DNA from: Dicyema japonicum
Taxonomy: Eukaryota > Animalia > Dicyemida
Reading direction: 5' to 3'
DNA: 64,000 nucleotides
NCBI GenBank assembly: GCA_011109175.1
Contig: RDEW01000021.1
Coordinates: 135,080 to 199,079, forward strand
Numbering within the stretch: the first letter of the stretch is position 1; each line of letters opens with the position of its first letter. Of this stretch, positions 51,784 through 61,834 are shown in pieces. The notes beneath the pieces were generated by a model. It was not told the origin of the DNA, ran no database searches, and was given only the letters and a program-made list of their open reading frames with translations. Made by a program: the position numbers and the translations under genes.

Positions 51784-54700
51784 TTTTGGTTGAGGTGGTG
51801 ACGTCCCTCTATAGCACATATGTCTAATACGTATTTGAATAATCCTTTCTGGTTTTCTACCCTTACCTTCAATGCCAGGGGCCTTAATGACTGGTCGAAG
51901 AGGCACCAACTATGTCTGGACCTTGCAAAATATGGATGCTCTGTTTGCTGTCTCCAAGAGACGAAGCTCAGAAAAGGACTCGATGAAAACCTTGGAGACT
52001 ACAGACTAATCCTCCTTCCATCGTACTGTAAACACTATGGACAGGGTTTCGCTGTTCACAAGAATTTGCTCCCCAGATTACATCGATATTGGAAAATTGA
52101 TGACAGGATATGTGTTATTCAATTTCTTATTGGACCCAAAGGGAAGTCCAGGCAACTAATTTCCATTGTGAACGTGTACGCCCCACATAGTGGCCGTGTT
52201 TCCAAAAACCCAGAGGAATTGGACGTTTTCTACGAAGAACTTGTCGAGGTCGTATCTTCTCTGAAGTTTTCATCGTTCCTCTTTATCGCTGGTGATTGGA
52301 ATGCTAAAGCTGGGGTACATCAAGGACACGAACGTTTTATTGGACCACATGGAAGGGGGATCAGGAACTATTCTGGTACTGCTCTGGCATATTTCTGCGA
52401 ATCCTTTGATTTATTCCTGTGCAATACTCAATTCCAACATTCCGCACGCCACAAGACAACGTGGATGGGCACTAGACTATCGACCACCGGAAATCTGATA
52501 AGGATTTATAATCAGATCGATTATATTCTGTGTCGAGTAAAAGACAAATCTCTCTTACGGGACTCGAGATCTTATGGAGGACTAACTGTTAACAGTGATC
52601 ACAAAATTGTGTCAGCAAGATTCAGCTTAAGACTTGGTCCAACTGCGGAGGAGTTCCTCTACGGGATAACTAATAGAAGATGCTTCTTCCAAACACATCG
52701 TGGTGGAGATTCCACGCGATCAAGAAGGTATATGACTGAACTCTTGGGCTCTTCACCAAAAGTACAAGCAGACTATAAAGAATGTGTATCGGATTCAATT
52801 AATAATACGGCATCGGATCTTTCACCAGGAAAGGCATGGCTCGAAACTATGAGAGGGATCATTTCCGCTGCTGACAAACATTTGGGGGAACTTAAACCCC
52901 ATAGCAGTCAGCGTCACCCGGAAGTGTCAGCCCTATTGAATTTGCAGAAGAACTTAAGGCTTAGATCCGAAAATACTGTCGATCCTCAGACTGTTTGCAA
53001 ACTGAAACAAGAACGAAGGCAAATTGAGAGAAAAATCAAACTCCTAAACAGACTACATCACACTAGTCAGTTGGAAAGCAAGATCAGAGAGGTAGAAAAC
53101 CTTAAAGACAATGCTGCGACATTCATGGCTATACGACTAATACGGAGGAAGAGCCAATCAGTGAAACTTATTTTGCATGACAGAAATGGAAAAACAATAG
53201 GAAATGTTGCAGAACAGACAGAGTTCATAGCATCGCATATTGAACAACTGTTCTTTGTAAAAGGAGAAAAATCAGATTTCACGCCTAAGAACACAACACT
53301 TGAACGGATCATTTCACCGGAGGAGGTTTGCATGGCGATAAGGAAACTTAAATCTGGGCGCTCTCCAGGACCAGATAATATACCATCTGAATTGCTAAAA
53401 TTTGGCCCTCCAGAACTTGCAGATAAACTCTCAAAATTGCTGAATGACATGATAGAAAACAAGGACTTTTCAGAAATTGGAAAGGGGATACTAGTACCAG
53501 TTCAAAAAGGTAATAAACCCCCTGGGCCAGTTGAAAACCTGCGCCCTGTCATCCTTCTAAACACCTTAAGGAAGATCCTTGCCCTAATTACTCTTAATCG
53601 GATCCAAGAGCCGGTGGACGGGTACTTGGCCCAGAGCCAGAGTGGTTTTAGGACAGGGAGATCAACGGCTGATGTAGTATGGTGCCATAGATGGCAATGT
53701 GCTATTCAACAAAGATTCCGGAGCTCAAAGACTATCCTTGGAATTGATCTGACCAGAGCTTTCGACACTGTCCGTCGGGGAAAACTCATTGAAGTGCTTG
53801 AAAGTTTCCTGGATAAGGACTCGGTTATTCTGATACGGATACTCTTATCAAACACGAGGTTACGAGTGCGTATTGGAAAATGTTTGTCACGGGAAATTAT
53901 TTCAACAGTGGGCACACCCCAAGGAGATTCCCTTTCCCCAGTATTGTTTGCTATATACCTTGAATCGGCTCTGCAAGACCTCCGGAAGTATTACAACAAT
54001 GATATTATGGAGATCGTGTATGCCGATGATGTTGACTTTATCTCGACTGACAAAGAAGCACTCTTACGTCTCTTGGAGGTTGCATCAGGCTGTTTGGCCA
54101 AATGGTGTCTATCACTGAATGTTCAGAAAACGGATATTGTTGAAATTAAGCGGATGGAACTACGCAATAGTGAATGTTGGAGGAAGACCGTAAAGCTTGG
54201 CTCTCTTCTCGGAGACTCCGAAGACATTGCAAGAAGAAAATTGTTATCTACGGTTACTATGCAAAAACTTATGAAATGTTGGATAAGAAAATGCTCGGTC
54301 GGGCCATCACTCCGACTCAGGTTGTATGAGGCGTTCGTGAGGCCCATACTAACATACAACTCTGGGACGTGGGGAATTTCGAAAACGGACGAACAAAACC
54401 TTGACTCCTTTCACAGAAGGCAACTTCGGTCTCTCTTGGGACTAAAGTGGCCAATGCGTGTAGGGAGTGAAAATTTATATAGAAGATGCGGTTCCGGACC
54501 TCTGAGCACCATGATCATGAAGGCTCGCTGGAGATTGTTTGGCCATATTCTCAGATTGGAACAAGACACGCCAGCAAACGTCGTCATGGAAGAATACTTC
54601 GATACGTCAGGGGAGAAGTTCAGAGGTCGTCCAAGAATAACTCTTCCGGAAGTCCTTAATGGTGACCTGAGATCAGTAACCAGACTACTAAAGGACGGTG

Positions 54701-54838
54701 AAGACCTTAGTAGTCTGCGGCACTTGGCATCGGACAGGAGGGGATGGGAAAGGCTAATTAAGAGGATTGTTCAGACGCGGCACGAATAGAATTATAGTTT
54801 ATGTGATTCTATGTAGTTACTTATAATAATAATAATAA
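51784..54838 (+). mobile_element. Full-length intact RTE LINE
   Basis: 12-bp TSD TAAAATGACACT (51772-51783, 54839-54850); 36-nt 5'UTR; single ORF; 3'UTR of about 50 nt ending in (TAA)n. Confidence 0.97.
51820..54789 (+). CDS. RTE polyprotein: APE endonuclease + reverse transcriptase (989 aa)
   Basis: Uninterrupted ORF with LTFNARGL, CLQET, NVYAP, AGDWNA, NQIDY, SDH; GPDNI, QSGFR, IDLTRAFD, GTPQGDSLSP, YADD. Confidence 0.97.
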   Translation: MSNTYLNNPFWFSTLTFNARGLNDWSKRHQLCLDLAKYGCSVCCLQETKLRKGLDENLGDYRLILLPSYCKHYGQGFAVHKNLLPRLHRYWKIDDRICVIQFLIGPKGKSRQLISIVNVYAPHSGRVSKNPEELDVFYEELVEVVSSLKFSSFLFIAGDWNAKAGVHQGHERFIGPHGRGIRNYSGTALAYFCESFDLFLCNTQFQHSARHKTTWMGTRLSTTGNLIRIYNQIDYILCRVKDKSLLRDSRSYGGLTVNSDHKIVSARFSLRLGPTAEEFLYGITNRRCFFQTHRGGDSTRSRRYMTELLGSSPKVQADYKECVSDSINNTASDLSPGKAWLETMRGIISAADKHLGELKPHSSQRHPEVSALLNLQKNLRLRSENTVDPQTVCKLKQERRQIERKIKLLNRLHHTSQLESKIREVENLKDNAATFMAIRLIRRKSQSVKLILHDRNGKTIGNVAEQTEFIASHIEQLFFVKGEKSDFTPKNTTLERIISPEEVCMAIRKLKSGRSPGPDNIPSELLKFGPPELADKLSKLLNDMIENKDFSEIGKGILVPVQKGNKPPGPVENLRPVILLNTLRKILALITLNRIQEPVDGYLAQSQSGFRTGRSTADVVWCHRWQCAIQQRFRSSKTILGIDLTRAFDTVRRGKLIEVLESFLDKDSVILIRILLSNTRLRVRIGKCLSREIISTVGTPQGDSLSPVLFAIYLESALQDLRKYYNNDIMEIVYADDVDFISTDKEALLRLLEVASGCLAKWCLSLNVQKTDIVEIKRMELRNSECWRKTVKLGSLLGDSEDIARRKLLSTVTMQKLMKCWIRKCSVGPSLRLRLYEAFVRPILTYNSGTWGISKTDEQNLDSFHRRQLRSLLGLKWPMRVGSENLYRRCGSGPLSTMIMKARWRLFGHILRLEQDTPANVVMEEYFDTSGEKFRGRPRITLPEVLNGDLRSVTRLLKDGEDLSSLRHLASDRRGWERLIKRIVQTRHE

Positions 54839-56099
54839 TAAAATGACACTCTATTCATATTGACAGGTTTTTTTCTATGTTTTTAAAATATCAAGAGAAC
54901 TAATTTTTATTTTGATTGGTTCTAGTGGAGTTCCACGTACGGACGGTGATAATTATTATAATTATGTGTAGAAGTATTTTATAAAAGATTTACACCACTT
55001 TTTGTTGTCATACCATAATTTTTGTCAATAAAATTAAAAAACTAACCCACGTCACGTTATCCTGATGCCTAATAAAGTTACCGTAAAAACTACTGAAGAG
55101 TACAACATTCTAAAATGCATGCTGGAGGGACAAGGCCTGAATGTATCAGCAGCTCGGAAGTATAGAAAAGCTTTTATTTAATTTTAATTAAAATTTTAGG
55201 AGGAATAAGCAGGAATTTAATATTATCGTCGTATGCTCACATGTTTCGGAATTCGCTCCTTAACAGGTGTGGATTCGTATGTACGCACGTTCCGGAATTT
55301 GCTTCCATACTCCCCGTATACCTAATATGAAGTGTGGAAAAATAATATTTATTACATGTTATTTCTAGGCGAGTTGTCTCTGACTGATTCCAAAGAGTAT
55401 CTTGGTATTCCTCGATTTAACACGGCTGTGGAATCATGTACACGATAATCCAGAAAGTTTTAATATAGAAGAATTTGTAGAAAATCTCGACACATACAAG
55501 AGGTTCTTTATTGTTATTTATTAGTAAGGATATGAGTTCCAGTTTAACTTTGAGAGGTAATTTGCGGTCTTCGTATTATTATTATAAACCCGGGAAAACA
55601 GGAAAGAGGAAAAAAGTTATCGTCTAATTAAGTGATCCCGGTGTCAGTGCGTCCTCCTTTGTTTCGACTTTGTTTGAAATTTTTTATGATTTCTCGTATT
55701 ATAAATGAATGAATAAAACGATGGGAATGGTTCATTCACAACGACAAAAAAATCAAAATCATTGAAAATATAGTCAATTAACACTTTTGTGAAATTGTCG
55801 AATCTTGGGAATTTGTTGATTCGGCCGATTTCTATATATATTTTTAATTGCCAAAAAATAACTGAATCCTAATTCACACAAGTATGTCATTGCATGTGGA
55901 ATAAGTTCATATAAAGCCGTTTAAGATAATCGAGGATACATTTTCACTACTGAACTGCAATACTCCTCCAATGTACAATTGTGGAATTCTATTTTAAGTG
56001 CAAAAAAATAACTACAAATATTAAAATCTCGCACCCCCTAAATTACTACTTTCCATTTGTCTACAAATCTTATTTTTGGAATTTCCATTTTTAACAAAT

Positions 56100-56600
56100 G
56101 TTTAATTTTCCGTGTATTTAATATTTAAAAAATCCTCAACTTTGAGAGGATCGAAAATGTCTGTTCTTCTGGTTGTTGTATCATTAATATCAATTTCAAG
56201 AATTTATTGGAGTTATTAAAACTTTGAAACAATCCTGATGGTCTCTTCCGATACGTCTTCCCAAGCCATTTTTGTAAAAAAATCAATTTTCTTTAAGAAT
56301 TGTAAACCGAAATATTTTGAGGTTCCAATAATTCCGTCAATTCTCTTAAAGGTTGTATGATGCCAATATTTTCATGTGTAGCTTTAAAAGACGGTTGATA
56401 TTTTTTAGACCTTTCAAAATAGTGTCCTTCTTCAGTAAAATATTATTTATTGTTTTTCTCGATATTGTCTTCCGAAACACGTTTGAGAATCTATCAGCTA
56501 ACTCCTGGCACAGAAAAGCATCATTTTCTTTATATTATACAATTTGAGTTTTTTCATTAAAAGCAAGGCGAGTATAGCGTCCACGAGAAGCATTCGAATA
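56100..56600 (-). mobile_element. Internally deleted Tigger/pogo remnant
   Basis: AWEDVSEETIR motif; homologous to 16220-16330. Confidence 0.65.
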
Positions 56601-56924
56601 TATAAAATTTTATATTTTTCCAATAAAAATTAAATTAAAAATTGGCCAATAGGATTTTTCTTAGAAAATTTAATACCGCCTCAAAATTCCAATAATTCCG
56701 CAAGATTCTGACATGAAAGGAGTGGTGCTGTACGTGACATCCACTCATTTCTAGGTCCTGTTGGAACATCTACTATGACCATTTTCGTGTAGGCGACGGT
56801 GAAATAATTGATGAGAGAACACATAAATCATAAACAATTTAATTCTCGTGGAGATTCACCATAAACAATTTTTAGTTATTTTTACCCTTAAAATTAACCA
56901 AATTAAATTTAAATACAAAAGTTT

Positions 56925-57896
56925 TTATTTGTATGGTGGATAATATCCATTATAATAATTATTGGGATAAAAAGGGTGACGATAATGATTGGGAGGGAAC
57001 CTTCGATGTTGATTCATCATTGGATACGGGGGAGGCCAAGCTGCAGGGTAATTAGGCTTTCTTCGTCGTTTTCTTTGGGAGTTCTTACCTCTCTCATCAT
57101 ACAGTCTTTTTATATCTTCCTTGGTCACTCCTCTCTTCATTTTGGCTGCCTCAAACCTTCCGTAACGTTCCTTCTCATCGTCAGAATAGTCCAAACACTA
57201 ACAATAAACCACGTGTTTTACTTCTGGGGGAGGCTCAGTATTCCCAATCCACGAGGCATCCGATCCTTGAGTTCTACGATTGTTATACAAGCATACTACT
57301 CCTTAAGCCTGTCCACATCAAACACGAAATTTGTGAGTCTTCCATCAGATGGGACAAAGAATATTTCCCTCTCTGAAGTCAGTGACCCCTCCTTCACCAA
57401 TGAGAGTGCCCCCTCGCACATGTTTACTAAATAGCAGGGTCTCTCCACAGGTCCTATAAGCTCTTTAATCTACTTTGATTAATATAGGCAACTGTTCCAA
57501 GAGGAGTTCGATGATCTATTAGTAGTACGGTATCCTCGTCGAGAGGGGAAAGTCCGCTGATTCCATCGACTGAGGCGAAGGTTTGATCCTCGAGTATTGT
57601 AATGCGGAGGTAGCCGAGGGGTTTGATCTCAGAGTTGACCTCCTGGAAGTGAATAGTAGGGATTTCATAGTCATTTATTAAGTTTGGGACATCACTAGAT
57701 TCGTCGACACTATATTGGTTTACAGAGAGTACTTTTTTATGGCTGGTGGCTGGGTAAAGTCTATATCTGTGGTGGAGTCTGAATCTGTGTGATCTGGAGA
57801 TTTGGGGCATTCACCTCTGTCAATATTATCACATAAATACTCTTCCAGAGACTCGACATCCATTTCTTCCTCATTTTTTGTAATTGGACAATCCAT
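56925..57896 (-). CDS. NAF1: NAF1 H/ACA RNP assembly factor
   Basis: IKPLG..ILED..DEDTVLL..PLGTV..GPVERPCY, FVFDVDRLK, DYSDDEKE and a Pro/Tyr-rich tail match the Gar1/Naf1 domain layout; micro-introns; at least one homopolymer frameshift. Confidence 0.8.
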
Positions 57897-57959
57897 ACCA
57901 ACAACGTGATATTATTTTGAAAATATATAATTAATTAAAAAATAATTCATTTTAAAATT

Positions 57960-58770
57960 ATTTGAATTATCACAAGAATGTTCGTTCCTCCTGTACAATC
58001 AATTGCCCTTGGAATCCTTAATCTGTAAGAACTGATGGGAGTGCCCGTGTAACTACGAGCATTCGGTTATACACCCAATAAGTACTTGTGTGGGCTCGAG
58101 GGAGGAGCACGAAATACATCAAGTAGTCTTTGATCCGAATCGAGGATGCATGATAAGTTGGGAATACTGAAGACGTTGCATCTCCCAGTAACTTCCCCCT
58201 TCATTGGAATTTCTCTCCAAAAATACAAGATCTTAGTAAGGATTAAAAGTCCTTATTCGTTTTATTACTGATGGCCTTTAGCAAACACCAGAAAATTCTG
58301 GGAATCACTTTCTAAGCGCACATGTGCTTTTCACATCACGTCGAAAACGTTATTATTAAGTGTGAGAAAGGGTAATCTTCTGAATCCTCTCAGGATTGTG
58401 GAGGGTCGGCACCATCCAGTCATAAATTCTGTCTACAAACAGTACATAGAACCATGAATATCCTATGCCGTGCTTCCTGGAACCCATTCATCTCTTGGAC
58501 ATATTCCCTGAAAAACGAAACCAGCTAAAAGGCCTTTTAATGTCACAGAACGATGATCTTCTGGAAAGGTTTCCTCTCCAATGCCTCTGGAATCATTAAT
58601 CCTTTTGAACTGAGGAACGGGCACGTGCGACTAAGAGAATCGAGGTATACTGCCGATACATGCTTGTATGGGCTCGAGGAGGAAGATCGGGACAGATCTC
58701 TGTTGGAGCGTGCCGGAATCACGTGAGTAGTTAGTTTGGTGTTACCGTGGTCTTTATAATTTTTCATTCA
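57960..58770 (-). CDS. Unidentified gene (possibly decayed), paralogous to 20560-21130
   Basis: After a putative 22-nt intron it reads FFREYVQEMNG..GIGYSWFYVLFVDRIYDW; internal repeat CTCGAGCCCAYACAAG at about 58085 and 58665. Confidence 0.4.
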
Positions 58771-58799
58771 ATGGTTTTAATAGTTACAAACTTCAGCGA

Positions 58800-59750
58800 G
58801 AGCATTCCTTAACTCAATTGATATTAGCAAATCATTTAAGACACGTAGAGAACGAAAAGATCTTTGATACAGAGATCCCATTTTTCCGAGCTCTTCCAAT
58901 ATTGGGATGAAGGGAATGGAACTTTGTGTTTCTTACAGTTATTGTTCGTTTTTCTTGTTGTTAAGAGTTTTTCTTCATCCTCAGTCAACTAATTCATCAG
59001 CCTTTTCCCAAGACCAACAGATGGCCACCCGTCTTGTTCCCTCCAGTAGGGATATGATCTTTTTGGAGAAAAACCATCCCTCGCATCCATAGAGCAAGTT
59101 TGGGAGAATTACTTCACAGAAGATATATAGAAAAGTTAACGCGTAGCTTTCGTATACATAGAAGAGCCTGTAGACTTTCTTCTTCCTCACTCTGATATCT
59201 TCCATATACACACAGCTACGGCGATGTCCAGTCCCAGATAGCGTAAGGAATCCACATTTTTTACTCTCACTTGAGAGATTTAACCCTCTTTTGTTACACC
59301 AGTCTTCTATTATAGACTTATGTTATTTAGTCTCCTTTCTGAGATTATTGACTCCTCTCACTAGCGAGATTCCTCCTGAGATACTTCCTTCGACTTTCAC
59401 AAAGGACTATCTGCCCGATAGGAAATTTCTTATCCAGTTAAGCAAGTTTTAATGAATATCCGCCGACACAAGCTGAGCCAGAAGAGCTTCGTACCATACA
59501 ATGTCAGGCATAACAGCTGTCTTCGCTATCAATCTTCTAGATTTAGCTGGTTGAAAAAATCTGCATACTATCTTCTTCAATATGCCGACACAGACGTTTG
59601 AAGATAATCACGAGGGATTAGACATTGAGTACTCATTAAAGGGTACCACTTTCATATCAGACATTGGATGTCATCCGTCATGAAACAAGTAGAAAGACCC
59701 CCCGGATTATAACAATTATCGTTTTTCTCTTAATTATTGATGTGGGGTGA
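58800..59750 (-). mobile_element. Degenerate CR1/L2-like RT remnant
   Basis: WIRNFLSGR..FVKVEG-type motif with many stops. Confidence 0.45.
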
Positions 59751-59843
59751 ATAATTGCATTGATTATTAGAATATTAGACAAGCATCGTCATTGATTATT
59801 GGAGACACTATAAATGCACTTGGCGTCGTTATAGCGTCATTAT

Positions 59844-61080
59844 ATGTTGTATATCGGTCCAGTCTCTGTCGATGGATTATTTAATGATCTGATGACTCGA
59901 ATCAAAACAAATCCGGATCCTAAGTTCACACGGGATTTCTTGAGATTAGTCATTTTTAATTTGAGCGAAACCAAAAAAACACTCGATGACTTTAGAGATG
60001 CAATACTCACATATGGAAAAAGTACCTCCCGCTGTTTTCCATTGCCAGTCGAAAGCAACGGGAAATTTTATGTAGATCTCTATTTTAATCAAATACCCCA
60101 CTAAGAGCGGTATTCCCTCACGAATTCATGGTAAGGCACTTTCGCTTTCCGGAGGCTCGACTGGGTGATTTAAAGGCTATTAGTAGCTGCAATTGCCCAT
60201 TTGACTCCATGATGGGGGATGTATGCATTAACCCATATCACTATGAACATGTGGGTTGCAAATACATCAGTCCAGGTATTTAGCATAAAATGAACTTTTA
60301 GCCAATAAGAATTTGGATAGAGCCAATGGGACCCAGTTAATCTCAAATTGGAGTGTTTATCCAGAATATTCCATGGATGACTGCCCCAAGTGCTTGACCA
60401 ACCCTGTCGATAGAATACTATTCGACAATTACTCCTATTTAATAGAGACCTGTATATTTAAGTTTAATCCCAGTTGACGATAATTGGTGTCGATGCGTCT
60501 ACAGCGAGTGCAAGGTGAAGTACCCTGACATATTCTTTGCCACCAATAGGATCACTTCTTTTGTCGTGAACACCAACTGTAAGGAAGGGAACCACGAGAT
60601 GTTCGCAATTGGGAGTTTTCCTGGCTTCGACAAAGAAAGACACAACACCCAATCATTGTAGTTTGTTTTTTAAACAGATATCGTATCGGCCGCGGTTTCA
60701 AAGTCATCAAAAACTCCGCAGGATCTTACAAAATCAAATGTCTGTCAAATTACCCGTTGTATGTGATAAAGGATCTCGAAAATGACATAGAAAATTCCAT
60801 AAAGATAAATCCTTCCCAAGAAGTCGAAGTTAAGCCTAGTGTTAACAAATAGGTATTCAACCTCCGCATAATGTTCGACTCTATCATGCATGAAATGAGC
60901 CTTTTCCCTTGTTTCCATAGTAATCATAGTAGATACTTCATTAAGGAACCTTGAAAGTACCCAAATGAAGATGTTTTCTGTGTATGCGAGTTTTGAGCGA
61001 TGGGATAAGAATCCCTTCAGAAAGAAGATATACGCCTCTTTTGGGTGGTTTAGGGTTGTGTGGGGATTAATTTTAGATTG
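59844..61080 (+). CDS. SMAD: Divergent Smad (MH1 + linker + MH2)
   Basis: FPHEFMVRHFRFP..LK.I..C..PFD....VCINPYHYEHV (MH1); WCRCVYSE, FAIG, YRIGRG, CLSNYPLYV (MH2). Introns of 26, 22, 20 and 24 nt. 3' end approximate. Confidence 0.85.
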
Positions 61081-61834
61081 ACTTTATTGTTGGTCTCGAA
61101 TTAATCAAAACTATGTTCAGTTTTGTTGACTATTCGTTTTTAAGGGATCTCCAAAATATATTTGGTCGTCAGTTGTACTGTGATGCTTCAGCTGAGAGCT
61201 GGACTAGTTATAACATCAGTGATTCGGAAGATCTGTCAGAGTGCCTAGTAAGCAGTGAGAACAGTGATTCACAAGAAGATCAGTTAGAGTGTCTAAGAGA
61301 TAATGATGTTTCTCTAAATGATCCAAATTCTAGTGCTGTTTAGTAGCTTGTCTTTTTTTCACTGTTGACATTTATTTTCACTTCTTATGTCTCTTCCTTT
61401 TATTGACTATACGTAAGGATACTATAGACGACGTAACCCGGGTACATACGAGGGAAGTTAATAGTGAACGACTAATTAAATGTATCCAGTTCCCACGGTC
61501 ATAGAACCAGAGAGTACTTTCAACACATAAGTACATCCAGAACCAACGGAAAGGAAGAAAACATCCAGCCCATGCACCCCTCCAATGAAGTAAGGGAGAG
61601 CAAATGATCCCTTTTTGTCATCCTAAACTGTGACCTGAGATAGGTGGATTTCCCATTCTAGCATAAAGAAGATAAATAAGAGAAGAAAGAGAACCTTCTA
61701 CCAATTAGGCAGTGAGGAAATCAAACTGAGGACCACTGTCAGACCACCAAGCTAGGACATCAAAGTATTCATATCTGTTCTTGTGCAGTGTTTATATGCT
61801 GTTTATATTATTTATTAATAGCAATGTTAGAATG

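Larger units (their letters stand above)
50267..54948 (-). mobile_element. TIR-bounded element with an rve/DDE integrase remnant (Ginger/GIN-like), hosting a telomere-like array and the intact RTE
   Basis: Perfect 21-bp inverted repeats CACCGTCCGTACGTGGAACTC (50267-50287, 54928-54948) with ATAAT on both outer sides. Minus strand GRPRTPWVQCQVERL (51548-51592), HKTTKHTPF and IGDRVIL. Confidence 0.8.

Noticed and set aside
52292-54359. Small overlapping or antisense ORFs within the RTE and other genes
   Set aside because: Shadow ORFs of real coding sequence with no independent motifs.
61113-61343. 76-aa acidic ORF as a gene or piggyBac start
   Set aside because: Low complexity, with no TTAA/TIR or recognisable domain.
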